Virus record (IMG/VR): IMGVR_UViG_3300027734_000080
Location: 1 to 58,074 of that record
Source of the DNA: a virus
Taxonomy: Duplodnaviria; Caudoviricetes
Direction: 5' to 3' (one strand)
DNA: 58,074 bases
How positions within the stretch are numbered: position 1 is the stretch's first letter; each line of letters begins with the position of its first letter. The notes below the pieces were generated by a model, which searched no databases, was not told the DNA's origin, and saw only the letters and a program-made list of their open reading frames with translations. Made by a program: the position numbers and the translations under genes. Positions 1-9,629 of the stretch are shown here, piece after piece.

Positions 1-50
1 CGAATGGATAAAGCGGTTTTACGAAACTGCTGAGACGAGGATATTAGAGA

Positions 51-254
51 GTGACCGAAGCTGAGAGAATTCGTGAATGGCTAATCCGCGTTGCTGATGA
101 CGTACAAGAGAAATATGAAATGTACAAGATCGGCGTCGTCAAAAAACAAGAACTATTGGATTTCATTAGCCAGTCTTACGACACTCTTTTAGTGATGAAA
201 AAGGTTGCTCATGGCACGGCATATATGAGGGGCATTTCCCCGAAAGGAATTTAA
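51..254 (+). CDS. Hypothetical protein
   Basis: 67-aa ORF abutting the next gene. Confidence 0.6.
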   Translation: MTEAERIREWLIRVADDVQEKYEMYKIGVVKKQELLDFISQSYDTLLVMKKVAHGTAYMRGISPKGI

Positions 255-2756
255 ATGGAATCAAGAATCTATAACGACCTTGCCCTGTACGGTGCATTGG
301 TTATGGAAGTCAACGAGACTGGCTTCCCCGCAAACCCGAAAGTCGGCACCTTCTTAATGAAGGACAGCAACCTCTACGGCTACGTCAGCATTGGTGGTCT
401 AGAGACTTGGTATCCTTTCTCGCACAAGACTCTGTCTTACATTCACTCACAGGGCTTGAGTTCTACCACTTGGACTGTGGAGCACAACCTTGGGACTACT
501 AACGTCTGGATTCAAGTTAAAGACCAGAACGGAAACATTGTTTCTGTTGGCAAACAAGACATCAACAACAACTCTTTCCGCTTGACATTTACTGAAGCCG
601 TTCGCGGCACAGTAATGGTGGTGGCTCCCGACTCCGTAGACGTACCTGAAGTTAAGGCTACCGTGATTGATGTTGGTAATGTCCACATCAGCACTTCTGG
701 TATTACCGTAAACGGCTCGTCAGTTCTAACATCTACAAACATTCAAGGCCAGATTGATACATCTATCGCCGCTGTGGTGGGTGCTGCTCCCGCCGCTCTG
801 AACACATTGGAAGAGATTGCTGCTCAGTTGGCTAACGACGAGTCGGCTGTTTCCTCATTGACAACGATTGTTTCCAATAAAGCTAACAAAGATCTGTCTA
901 ACGTCACCACACTTCCTGCTGGCGTAGTTGCTCAGTTGAAGGGCGACACAGGTGCTACAGGCGCTGCTGGAGCCACTGGTGCTCAAGGCCCTGCTGGCCC
1001 TAACGGCGCTACTGGTGCAACAGGTGCACAAGGCCCACAAGGTATCCAAGGTCTCAAGGGTGATACAGGAGCCACGGGTGCTGCTGGCGCTAAGGGCGAT
1101 ACAGGTTCACAAGGTATTCAAGGCCCGCAAGGTCTGAAGGGCGATACAGGCGCAACTGGCGCTCAAGGTATCCAAGGTCTTAAAGGTGATACCGGAGCTA
1201 CAGGCCCACAGGGTATTCAAGGTATCCAAGGAGATACAGGTGCTACTGGAGCCGCTGGTGCTACGGGTGCTACTGGCCCCCAAGGCCCACAAGGTTTAAC
1301 TGGCGCTACTGGCGCTCAGGGTGCTAAGGGCGACACAGGATTGACTGGCCCTCAAGGCATTCAGGGTATCCAAGGCGCTAAGGGAGACACTGGTTCTACT
1401 GGTGCTCAAGGTGTAAAAGGTGATACAGGTGCTACAGGCCCCGCAGGTTCTGACGCTTCCGTAACCTCTAGCTCTATCCAGACCGCTCTGGGTTTTGCTC
1501 CTGCTAACGTGGCTTCTTTGTCTGGCGACATCATTCCTTCACAGACTGGTGTTTACGACATCGGTTCGCCTACTAAGAAGTTCAAGTCTATCTACACCAA
1601 GGAACTGCGGATTGACGCAAACACCTTGTACGTGGACGGCGTGCCTGTTCTGGGTTCTTCTGCCAACACCATTAACTTCACAGCCGACACCAACCAAGGT
1701 ATGCGTATCGCTACTAGCGGTTCTGGTACTTTGGTGCTTGACTCCGCAGCTTCCACAACCATCGGTTCTACTGGCTCTAATGCTGACGTGGTGGTTCAGT
1801 CTACAGGTACAGGCGGTCTGACACGCATCAGTTCTGCCACACAAATCACCATGACTGCCCCTACCGTGGCTACCGTGGGCGACCAAACCGTTTCGGGCAA
1901 CTTGACCGTTTCAGGTAACTTTACCGTGGCAGGTACTCCTACTACCGTGAACTCCACAGTTCTGGTGGTTAAAGACAATGTCATCACCGTAAACAAGGGT
2001 GAGTCTGGTTCTGGCGTGAGCTTGGACGTGGCTGGTTTGGACGTGGATCGTGGCGACTTGGCCCGTCAGCGTCTGATCTGGAAAGAATCCGCAGGTAAGT
2101 GGATGGCTGGCCCCACAACTCAAGAAGTTGCTTTGGCTACGGAAACTTACGTAGGAACGGCTATTTCCGGTAAAGCTAATACATCCAGCCTCTCTACAGT
2201 GGCTACAAGCGGTTCTTACGCTGATTTGTCTAACAAGCCTACATTGTTCTCTGGCGTGTACTCTGACCTGTCTGGTAAGCCCAGCTTGTCTACCGTTGCA
2301 ACTTCTGGGGATTACGGCGATCTGACTGGTAAGCCTACACTCTTCTCTGGCGCATACACCGATCTGACAGGTAAACCTACTCTGTTCTCTGGTGCTTATG
2401 CTGACCTGACTGGCAAGCCAACCATCCCAACAGTACCTACTGCTGTCAGCGCATTTACAAACGACTCTGGTTACCAAACCGCAGCCAACGTAACTACCGC
2501 GATTGCTGGCAAGGCAAACAGTGCCACAACATTGAGTGGTTATGCAATCACTGATGCGTACACAAAGACCGCAGTAGACAGTGCCCTTGCTCTGAAGGCC
2601 AACACCTCCAGCTTGGCAACTGTGGCAACCAGCGGTTCTTACGCCGATCTGACAAATAAGCCAACACTTTTTTCTGGTTCATTTGCAGATTTAACAAGCA
2701 AACCTACTACACTATCGGGATACGGAGTTACTGCCGTTGCTGGTGGAACATTCTAA
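255..2756 (+). CDS. Collagen-like tail/head fibre protein
   Basis: Long Gly-X-Y run (about 940-1445), TWTVEHNLG motif, [12 protein letters not shown] motif, SGxYxDLxxKP repeats, ends GGTF. Confidence 0.85.
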   Translation: MESRIYNDLALYGALVMEVNETGFPANPKVGTFLMKDSNLYGYVSIGGLETWYPFSHKTLSYIHSQGLSSTTWTVEHNLGTTNVWIQVKDQNGNIVSVGKQDINNNSFRLTFTEAVRGTVMVVAPDSVDVPEVKATVIDVGNVHISTSGITVNGSSVLTSTNIQGQIDTSIAAVVGAAPAALNTLEEIAAQLANDESAVSSLTTIVSNKANKDLSNVTTLPAGVVAQLKGDTGATGAAGATGAQGPAGPNGATGATGAQGPQGIQGLKGDTGATGAAGAKGDTGSQGIQGPQGLKGDTGATGAQGIQGLKGDTGATGPQGIQGIQGDTGATGAAGATGATGPQGPQGLTGATGAQGAKGDTGLTGPQGIQGIQGAKGDTGSTGAQGVKGDTGATGPAGSDASVTSSSIQTALGFAPANVASLSGDIIPSQTGVYDIGSPTKKFKSIYTKELRIDANTLYVDGVPVLGSSANTINFTADTNQGMRIATSGSGTLVLDSAASTTIGSTGSNADVVVQSTGTGGLTRISSATQITMTAPTVATVGDQTVSGNLTVSGNFTVAGTPTTVNSTVLVVKDNVITVNKGESGSGVSLDVAGLDVDRGDLARQRLIWKESAGKWMAGPTTQEVALATETYVGTAISGKANTSSLSTVATSGSYADLSNKPTLFSGVYSDLSGKPSLSTVATSGDYGDLTGKPTLFSGAYTDLTGKPTLFSGAYADLTGKPTIPTVPTAVSAFTNDSGYQTAANVTTAIAGKANSATTLSGYAITDAYTKTAVDSALALKANTSSLATVATSGSYADLTNKPTLFSGSFADLTSKPTTLSGYGVTAVAGGTF
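940..1445 (+). repeat. Collagen Gly-X-Y coding repeat
   Basis: Repeated GDTGATG/GPQGIQG units. Confidence 0.9.
2190..2710 (+). repeat. SG(S/A)YxDLxxKPTLF coding repeats
   Basis: About 14-aa unit repeated several times in the C-terminal part of the fibre. Confidence 0.85.
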
Positions 2757-2768
2757 GGAGTATTAAAC

Positions 2769-3569
2769 ATGGCCGCTACAGGATTTACGCCTATAAAGTT
2801 GTATGCAAGCTCGACAGCTTCTGCTGTTCCTCTTGCTGCAAACCTCGACAACACCAACGGTGCAGAGTTAGCAATTAACACCGCAGATGGACGTCTTTTC
2901 TACAAGGATAGCTCTGGCGTTGTTCAGACTATGGCTTCTAAAGCCACTGGTGCTATCGGTGGTTCTACTACCCAAGTGCAGTTCAACAGTTCTGGCGCTT
3001 TGGCTGGTTCTGCTAACCTGACATTTAATGGTACGACTCTGACTTCGGCTGGTTTTGCCGGCCCCGGAACAGGCTTGACTGGAACCGCTTCCGGCTTGTC
3101 TATCGGTGGAACCGCAGCTACAGCTACCAACGTGGCTGGCGGCGCAGCTAATCAACTGCCCTACCAAACAGGCGCAGGTGCTACAAGTTTCATCACCGCT
3201 CCTACAGTTGCTTCTACGTCTTTGACATGGAACGGCTCTGCATTTACGTGGGCAACCGCTGGTTCAACTGTTACTGTAACAAACGATACATCTACAGCAA
3301 GTAACCTCTATCCATTGTTTGCTACTGCGACATCGGGTACTGTATCTGCTGTAAACACATCGAACGCAAAGCTGCTGTACAAGCCATCTACTGGTGACCT
3401 ACAAGCATCTCAAGTTGTTGCTAGTAACGGTATTGTGGTGAACTCAAACACCGTAGCCGCAAGCTACAGCATTCCATCGGGTTCCAGCGCAATGAGCGTA
3501 GGCCCCATGACTGTGGCAAGCGGTCAATCAGTAACTATTCCTACTGGCTCACGCTGGTTAATTTTGTAA
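2769..3569 (+). CDS. Tail fibre protein
   Basis: ELAINTADGRLFYK motif, Ser/Thr/Gly/Ala-rich, C-terminal VTIPTGSRWLIL. Confidence 0.75.
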   Translation: MAATGFTPIKLYASSTASAVPLAANLDNTNGAELAINTADGRLFYKDSSGVVQTMASKATGAIGGSTTQVQFNSSGALAGSANLTFNGTTLTSAGFAGPGTGLTGTASGLSIGGTAATATNVAGGAANQLPYQTGAGATSFITAPTVASTSLTWNGSAFTWATAGSTVTVTNDTSTASNLYPLFATATSGTVSAVNTSNAKLLYKPSTGDLQASQVVASNGIVVNSNTVAASYSIPSGSSAMSVGPMTVASGQSVTIPTGSRWLIL

Positions 3570-3584
3570 GGTTGGTGACTTAGA

Positions 3585-4238
3585 ATGCCGTTTTATCCAA
3601 CAGCGTTGCTGGTTATGGAGCATAATGTTACAGGAATGAAGTATTTCTGCAAGACAACACAACTCCATTGCTTGTCTTCGTATAGTGGTAGTGGTGTTTA
3701 TTGGAAAAAACATTTAAAAAAGCACGGTAAAGATATTTTGATTGGGTTGCTTGGTGTTTATTATGATGAAGATCGGTGTCGTAATGCGGCGCTTGAATTT
3801 TCAAAACAAAACAACATTGTTGAGTCGGAGGGGTGGGCAAATTTAATTTATGAAAATGGTTTTGATGGAGCGCCGCCCAAGGAAATGCATCCTATGTTTG
3901 GAAAGCCAAGTCCATGCAGGGGTCAAAAAAGACCTTGGGTTGGAAAATCCGGATCAGATAATCCCATGTGGGGAAAGCCCAGCCCAATGCGTGGTGTAGC
4001 AAGACCAAAAGGAAAAGACAGTCCACTGTTTGGTAGAAAACGCCCAGAGGGTGGAGGCAAAAAACCTCGCGCTGTTGTATGTATTACAGATGGAAAAGAA
4101 TTTGCATCTGTATCAGAGGCGGCAAAATATGTTGGTGGATCGGGAAGCCCAATTAGTCAATGTTGTTTGGGTAAATCTAAAACAGCTTATAGTAAAACTT
4201 GGAAATATAAGGAGAACTTATGCCATACGGAACGGTAA
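3585..4238 (+). CDS. Free-standing homing endonuclease (Seg/GIY-YIG-like, with NUMOD3-like repeats and a NUMOD1/HTH end)
   Basis: TGMKYFCKT...YSGSGVYW N-terminus, (H/N)PM(F/W)GK repeats, C-terminal FASVSEAAK..ISQCCLGK..TWKY; AT-richer than flanks. Confidence 0.75.
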   Translation: MPFYPTALLVMEHNVTGMKYFCKTTQLHCLSSYSGSGVYWKKHLKKHGKDILIGLLGVYYDEDRCRNAALEFSKQNNIVESEGWANLIYENGFDGAPPKEMHPMFGKPSPCRGQKRPWVGKSGSDNPMWGKPSPMRGVARPKGKDSPLFGRKRPEGGGKKPRAVVCITDGKEFASVSEAAKYVGGSGSPISQCCLGKSKTAYSKTWKYKENLCHTER

Positions 4239-5221
4239 ATGCTGACAGCTTAGTCAGTTCAGATGGTGGGGTAATCAGCCCCAACATTAATTCTTTGCGA
4301 AACCGCATTATCAATGGTGCGATGGTGATTGACCAGCGTAATGCTGGGGCGAGTGTTGCAACTACGACAACAGGGACTCCAACTTACACTCTTGACAGAT
4401 TCGCTTACCAATCTAGCCAAGCGTCAAAGTACACGGTTCAACAAAATGCTGGATCAGTTACCCCGCCAGCAGGATTCAAAAACTATTTAGGTGTTACTTC
4501 TACATCTGCATATTCAGTTGCCGCAGGAGATTATTTTTTATTGCGTCAACCTATTGAAGGTTTTAATACAGCCGATTTAGGTTTTGGCGCGGCTGGCGCA
4601 TCTACGGTCACAATTAGTTTTTGGGTTCGCAGTTCATTGACAGGTACGTTTGGCGGTTCATTAGAAAATGGTGCTGGAGATAGAAGTTATCCATTTAGCT
4701 ACACCATTTCAGCGGCAAACACATGGGAACAAAAATCAATAACTATTGCAGGTGATACATCAGGCACATGGGTGGGAGCAACAAACGCTGTTGGTATGTT
4801 AGTTGTTTTCAGTTTAGGAATGGGGTCTACCTACAGCGGAACTGCTGGTGCGTGGGCAACAGGAAACTTTTTAGCACCAACAGGCGCAACCAGCGTAGTC
4901 GGCACAAACGGAGCCACGTTCTACATCACAGGCGTACAGCTAGAAAAAGGCAGCGTAGCCACATCGTTTGACTACCGTCCTTATGGTACTGAGTTGATTT
5001 TGTGCGAACGGTATTACGACACTGGTAACAACACACTTGAAATCATTACTCCAGCGGGGCCTTTTACTATGCGTTTTGCCACAATAATGAGGGCAACCCC
5101 CACTCTTTCGACCAGTCAAAATAGTGGTTCTATATTTGACGTTAGTGTGCAAAAAGGGTCTTTTAGGGCGCAATCTACCGCCATCGCCGTACTTAACTAC
5201 ACAGCTTCAGCAGAACTATAA
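4220..5221 (+). CDS. Tail fibre / receptor-binding protein with carbohydrate-binding-like domain
   Basis: RNRIINGAMVIDQR...ITGVQLEKGSVATSF...ELILCERYY motif set typical of phage fibres. Confidence 0.8.
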   Translation: MPYGTVNADSLVSSDGGVISPNINSLRNRIINGAMVIDQRNAGASVATTTTGTPTYTLDRFAYQSSQASKYTVQQNAGSVTPPAGFKNYLGVTSTSAYSVAAGDYFLLRQPIEGFNTADLGFGAAGASTVTISFWVRSSLTGTFGGSLENGAGDRSYPFSYTISAANTWEQKSITIAGDTSGTWVGATNAVGMLVVFSLGMGSTYSGTAGAWATGNFLAPTGATSVVGTNGATFYITGVQLEKGSVATSFDYRPYGTELILCERYYDTGNNTLEIITPAGPFTMRFATIMRATPTLSTSQNSGSIFDVSVQKGSFRAQSTAIAVLNYTASAEL

Positions 5222-5230
5222 GGAATAACC

Positions 5231-5401
5231 ATGTACAAACTAATTAAAGACTCATTAACTAACAAAATAAACATGGTGCAACGTCTATCAGATAACGCTT
5301 TTATACCAATGGATGAGCAAAACACAGACTACGCCGCCTATCTAGCTTGGCTTGCAGAAGGCAACCAGCCTGAGCCAGCAGACGAAATTAAAGGAGAATA
5401 A
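5231..5401 (+). CDS. Small tail fibre chaperone-like protein
   Basis: Not in the ORF track; MYKL...[27 protein letters not shown] with an AGGA RBS. Confidence 0.7.
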   Translation: MYKLIKDSLTNKINMVQRLSDNAFIPMDEQNTDYAAYLAWLAEGNQPEPADEIKGE

Positions 5402-5404
5402 ACA

Positions 5405-6214
5405 ATGTCTAACATTATCACAGCAGGAAATGCCACGAACAACGGCACTTCCATATCTTCTGACACCTCTGGTGTATTAGAGCTTAAAACAGGCTCTACT
5501 CCTACTACTGCGCTGAGCATTGATGCAAGCCAGAACGTAACACTTGCCAATGGATTGACAACCTCACAAAATATTACTACTGGTAATGGCGCGGCGTTTG
5601 TTTTTGGTGCGGCGACAACTGCATACATGCAAGGTTCTAGCACTTCAAATTTCTTAAGTTATTCCACCGCTTCTACCGAGCGTATGCGTATCGACTCCAG
5701 CGGTAACTTGCTGGTGGGGACTACAACTCGCGGTGGCGTAAATTCAGACTCTTTTGATTTTGACGTGCAAAATGCCACTATTTATCAAAATCATATAAAC
5801 ACTAGAGGCAATGGTTCAACTTATAGTGTGTTTGGTTATAACGGCGGAACCATTGGAAGTGTTACCCAAAATGGCACTACCGCAGTCGCGTACAACACAT
5901 CATCTGACTATCGCCTGAAGAACACCATTGCCCCAATGACGGACGCACTGGCAAAGGTTGCTGCGCTTAAGCCCGTAACCTACAAGTGGAACGCAGACGG
6001 CTCAGACGGTCAAGGCTTTATTGCTCACGAACTAGCTGAAGTTGTGCCTGAGTGCGTAACAGGTGAAAAAGACGCTGTGGATGCTGACGGCAAACCAGTT
6101 TACCAAGGCATCGACACCAGCTTCTTGGTTGCTACATTGACCGCTGCTATCCAAGAGCTTAAAGCCGAACTAGACGCAACTAAAGCTGAAGTAGCAGCAC
6201 TTAAAGGAGCATAA
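5405..6214 (+). CDS. Tail fibre with intramolecular chaperone (peptidase S74) domain
   Basis: SDYRLKN autocleavage motif, GFIAHELAEVVPECV, C-terminal coiled coil. Confidence 0.88.
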   Translation: MSNIITAGNATNNGTSISSDTSGVLELKTGSTPTTALSIDASQNVTLANGLTTSQNITTGNGAAFVFGAATTAYMQGSSTSNFLSYSTASTERMRIDSSGNLLVGTTTRGGVNSDSFDFDVQNATIYQNHINTRGNGSTYSVFGYNGGTIGSVTQNGTTAVAYNTSSDYRLKNTIAPMTDALAKVAALKPVTYKWNADGSDGQGFIAHELAEVVPECVTGEKDAVDADGKPVYQGIDTSFLVATLTAAIQELKAELDATKAEVAALKGA

Positions 6215-6216
6215 AA

Positions 6217-6702
6217 ATGGCAGTAACAATAGACGGAACAAGCGGGATAACATTCCCCAACAGCACGGTACAGGCTAGTGCTGGTAAGATTTTGCAGGTG
6301 GTTAGCACAACTAAAAGTGATGTTTTTACTACAACTTCAGGCACTTATGTTGATGTAACTGGACTATCTGCAACAATTACCCCAACAAGTTCTTCAAGCA
6401 AAATTTTGGTAATTGCAAATATTTCTTACTCCGCAAGTGGTGGTCGTGATGGTAATTTTCAACTTGTCAGGGGTTCTACTGTTATTCCTACCGGTGTTAC
6501 AGGCTCAGTATTAAATGGCTCTTATACATATTCAATGTTTAGTTTGGCGCAATCTTATTTAGACTCACCAGCAACCACTTCAGCAACAACATACAAAATT
6601 CAAGTTTATGTTAGTGCTGAAACAATTTATGTTAACCGTAGGGCACTTGATACAGCCTTTACTGGTCAATCAACAATTACTCTTATGGAGGTGGCAGCAT
6701 GA
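6217..6702 (+). CDS. Fibre-associated protein
   Basis: GKILQVV...ITPTSSSSKILV...LDSPATTSATTYK...STITLMEVAA. Confidence 0.7.
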   Translation: MAVTIDGTSGITFPNSTVQASAGKILQVVSTTKSDVFTTTSGTYVDVTGLSATITPTSSSSKILVIANISYSASGGRDGNFQLVRGSTVIPTGVTGSVLNGSYTYSMFSLAQSYLDSPATTSATTYKIQVYVSAETIYVNRRALDTAFTGQSTITLMEVAA

Positions 6703-6956
6703 TTGATTACACACTTATTCTTTCTGTAAATTATGTTGGCAAACAATGGACATTAAATGGTGATTCTTATGAAGGTCTTGATTGGCTAGACGTTTCACCA
6801 AAGCCAACACAAGCTGAACTTGATGCACTTTGGGAATCTACCAAAGCCGCAGTAGCAGCTAAAGCACAAGCAGCCATTGATATCAAGGCTTCTGCGCTGG
6901 CTAAACTGGCAAAGTTGGGTTTGACCCAAGACGAAGTAAAAGCGTTGGTTGGTTAA
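6699..6956 (+). CDS. Fibre chaperone-like small protein
   Basis: W..PKPTQAEL motif, KLGLTQDEV end, coupled to the upstream gene. Confidence 0.55.
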   Translation: MIDYTLILSVNYVGKQWTLNGDSYEGLDWLDVSPKPTQAELDALWESTKAAVAAKAQAAIDIKASALAKLAKLGLTQDEVKALVG

Positions 6957-6965
6957 AGCAGACGA

Positions 6966-7244
6966 ATGAGCCTACTACTCCTTCTCCTATACCCCATCGC
7001 TGTTCAATATGAGCGCGGTGGGCTATGGCGTGTATTCTTTCCAATTACTTTAGTCACTTTAGTGATTGATGTAATAGCGAACTATACGGAGTTGGCGTTG
7101 TTGACTTGGGACTTCCCGCAAGAGGGTGAATACACATTCTCTGATCGGCTGGTAAGGCTTAAGCACAATGGTGACTGGAGAGGGGTGATTGCAAGAATGG
7201 CTGTAGGGTACTGCGACATATTTTTTGAAGGCCATATCAAATGA
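6966..7244 (+). CDS. Hypothetical membrane protein
   Basis: Hydrophobic segments. Confidence 0.55.
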   Translation: MSLLLLLLYPIAVQYERGGLWRVFFPITLVTLVIDVIANYTELALLTWDFPQEGEYTFSDRLVRLKHNGDWRGVIARMAVGYCDIFFEGHIK

Positions 7245-7474
7245 GCGACCTTAACGCTTCTATCTCCGCCGCGACCTCAGAGGTTCTGGTAAGCCAAATG
7301 ACAGGTAAGAAGTTTTACTTGTCTAAGACTTTCTGGGTGAACGTACTGTGCGCGGCGGGACTTGGCCTTCAGATGCGCTACGGCTTTGTGATCGGTGCTG
7401 AACTGCAAGCTCTAGCTCTTACAGCGATCAACCTTGGTCTGCGTAAAATTACAAATCAACCTGTAACTTGGTAA
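7241..7474 (+). CDS. Holin-like membrane protein
   Basis: SKTFWVN motif, two hydrophobic helices, lysis region. Confidence 0.5.
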   Translation: MSDLNASISAATSEVLVSQMTGKKFYLSKTFWVNVLCAAGLGLQMRYGFVIGAELQALALTAINLGLRKITNQPVTW

Positions 7475-7478
7475 AAAA

Positions 7479-7712
7479 ATGGACGCCCAACTACTCATTA
7501 ACATTGGTCTCGGATTCTGCATGGCAGTTTGCGGATGGTTTGCTCGTGAGCTTTGGGCGGCTGTGAAAGACTTAAAGTCTGACCTTGCCAAGCTGCGTGA
7601 AGAGATTCCTAAAGTCTACGTCCAGCGCGATGACTACAGAGAAGACATGCGCGACATCAAAGAAATGTTTAGCAAGATCATGGACAAGCTTGAACTGAAG
7701 CAGGATAAGTAA
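7479..7712 (+). CDS. Membrane-anchored coiled-coil protein (holin/antiholin-like)
   Basis: N-terminal TM segment followed by a coiled coil. Confidence 0.5.
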   Translation: MDAQLLINIGLGFCMAVCGWFARELWAAVKDLKSDLAKLREEIPKVYVQRDDYREDMRDIKEMFSKIMDKLELKQDK

Positions 7713-7861
7713 TGGACACTATCGACATCCTAGCTAAAGTTTGGCCTCTCTTATTAGCCTTTGTTAGCCTTGTGATTGTCCTTGCAAAGCTTGATAACCG
7801 AGTCGCAGTCCTTGAGGAAAAGGTAAAAGTCTTGTTTGAGCTGTACAACAAGAAAGGGTGA
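7712..7861 (+). CDS. Small membrane-anchored coiled-coil protein
   Basis: Not in the track; MDTIDILAKVWPLLLAFVSLVIVLAKLDNRVAVLEEKVK; fills the gap with a TAATG overlap. Confidence 0.65.
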   Translation: MDTIDILAKVWPLLLAFVSLVIVLAKLDNRVAVLEEKVKVLFELYNKKG

Positions 7862-7864
7862 CGT

Positions 7865-8359
7865 ATGTTTGATTTTCTCGGTGGCGGTATTGTTGGCTCC
7901 CTTCTTGGGGGCATTTTTCGTTTAGTGCCTGAAGCATTTAAGTTTTTGGACAAAAAGAACGAGCGCGAACATGAGCTGGCTATGTTCGACAAACAATGCG
8001 AATTAGAAAAGGTCAGAGGATCACAAAAGTTAGCCGAGATTGGCGCACAAAGAGAAGCCACCGTAGATTCAGGCGTGATGGATGCCTTCAATGCTGCCAT
8101 CAACCAACAAACCGAAATGGTCAAATCAGCGGGGGGTTGGGTAGCCTCTCTATCCGCTTCTGTGCGCCCTGTAATGACTTACTACCTCCTGTTGCTATAT
8201 GGAGTGTTTAAGACCGCCACAATGGCTATTGGATATGCAAGCGGCCAACCTGTCCCCGAATTGTTAAAGGATGCATGGTCTGTAGACGACATGGCTTTGC
8301 TCTCTGGTGTAGTTAACTACTGGATACTTGACCGCACATTGGCTAAACGAGGTTTGTAA
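7865..8359 (+). CDS. Putative 3-TM holin
   Basis: SASVRPVMTY motif and TM segments directly before the lysozyme. Confidence 0.6.
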   Translation: MFDFLGGGIVGSLLGGIFRLVPEAFKFLDKKNEREHELAMFDKQCELEKVRGSQKLAEIGAQREATVDSGVMDAFNAAINQQTEMVKSAGGWVASLSASVRPVMTYYLLLLYGVFKTATMAIGYASGQPVPELLKDAWSVDDMALLSGVVNYWILDRTLAKRGL

Positions 8360-8799
8360 TGAACCTAGAGATCGCCGCAGAGCTTTGTAAGCGATTTGAG
8401 GGCTTCAGAGCAAAGCCCTACCTCTGCCCTGCGGGAATCCCCACCATTGGGTATGGATCGACTTACTACGCTGATGGCAAGAAAGTCACGCTGAATGACT
8501 CATCAATAAGCCAAGAAGCCGCTAATGCTCTATTAATGAGCGAGCTACAGCACACTTACTTGCCTGGCGTACTTAAAAACTGCCCCATACTTGCTACAGA
8601 CGAGCGCAAATGCAATGCGGTTGTGGACTTCTGTTATAACTTAGGTGTAGGCAGACTCCAAACCAGCACCCTAAAGCGCAAAATCAACGCCCAAGACTGG
8701 GGTGGGGCTAAAGAGCAATTAATGCTTTGGACTAAAGGCGGGGGTAAAGTGCTGCCTGGTTTGTTAAAAAGACGCCAATCCGAATGTGCCCTTATGTAA
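8359..8799 (+). CDS. Endolysin, GH24 lysozyme
   Basis: FEG...YLCPAGIPTIGYG, FCYNLG, LPGLLKRRQSE. Confidence 0.95.
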   Translation: MNLEIAAELCKRFEGFRAKPYLCPAGIPTIGYGSTYYADGKKVTLNDSSISQEAANALLMSELQHTYLPGVLKNCPILATDERKCNAVVDFCYNLGVGRLQTSTLKRKINAQDWGGAKEQLMLWTKGGGKVLPGLLKRRQSECALM

Positions 8800-8832
8800 T
8801 AAACATTGTCATTTTTGAATGGGAGGTTTAAA

Positions 8833-9000
8833 ATGTCAACAAAGCCCGTGTGGGAAAAAACCCGCCCTAAAAGTCTTGGCAAGCCAAAAGAGTTAAGCCC
8901 TAACCAGATCAAAGCCGCAAAGGCTTTCGCAAAGCGCACGGGTACTAAGTACCCATCTTTGGTGGCCAACATGGCTGGAGCAAAGAAAGGTAACTGGTAA
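8833..9000 (+). CDS. Small basic protein
   Basis: ATG after a GGGAGG RBS; KPVWEKTRPK...YPSLVANM. Confidence 0.6.
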   Translation: MSTKPVWEKTRPKSLGKPKELSPNQIKAAKAFAKRTGTKYPSLVANMAGAKKGNW

Positions 9001-9629
9001 TGGCCTCCGTAATGACGTATTCGTCGCTGGTAGAAAACATCCAATCATATTTGGAGCGTACCGACCAAGCGACTCTTGACAAGATCCCCACATTTATTAT
9101 GTTGGCGGAACAGGTCATGGCTGCGGACTTAAAGTTTCTTGGAAACTTAACTGTTGCCACAAGCAACATGGTTCAAGGCGAAAACGTCATAGATAAGCCA
9201 TCCCGCTGGAGAAAAACCGTATCCATGAATGTGACGGTTAACGGCGTGCGCCAACCCATATTCTTGAGAAAGTACGAATACCTAAGAGAATATTGGCCAG
9301 ATCCTTCTCAACAAGACGTGCCTTTCTTCTATTGTGATTACGACTACACACATTGGATGATCGCACCTACGCCTGATGATGATTACGCCTATGAGGTGCT
9401 GTATTATGAGCGTGTCCAGCCTTTAGATGCAACTAACCAAAGCAACTGGTTTACAGAATACGCTCCGCAAGCTTTGCTTTATGGATCACTCCTGCAAGCC
9501 ATGCCGTTCCTGAAAAACGATGAGCGCATTCCTATGTGGCAAGCTCAATATGAACAAATCATGAATGTACTGAAAACTGAAGACGTTGCCCGAATTGGGG
9601 ATCGTCAAGCGATTGCGAGGGATATATGA
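9000..9629 (+). CDS. Head-tail adaptor / tail tubular protein A-like
   Basis: TYSSL..IQSYLER...IPTFI..AE, APTPD, NW..EYAPQALLYGSL pattern. Confidence 0.65.
   Translation: MASVMTYSSLVENIQSYLERTDQATLDKIPTFIMLAEQVMAADLKFLGNLTVATSNMVQGENVIDKPSRWRKTVSMNVTVNGVRQPIFLRKYEYLREYWPDPSQQDVPFFYCDYDYTHWMIAPTPDDDYAYEVLYYERVQPLDATNQSNWFTEYAPQALLYGSLLQAMPFLKNDERIPMWQAQYEQIMNVLKTEDVARIGDRQAIARDI

Noticed and set aside
940-2710. Tandem repeats as a CRISPR or other guide array
   Set aside because: In-frame coding repeats with wobble-position variation; no spacers or cas genes
3570-4238. Group I intron around the endonuclease
   Set aside because: Flanking genes look complete and there is no room for an intron core
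4220-6702. Diversity-generating retroelement acting on fibres
   Set aside because: No reverse transcriptase and no TR/VR pair seen
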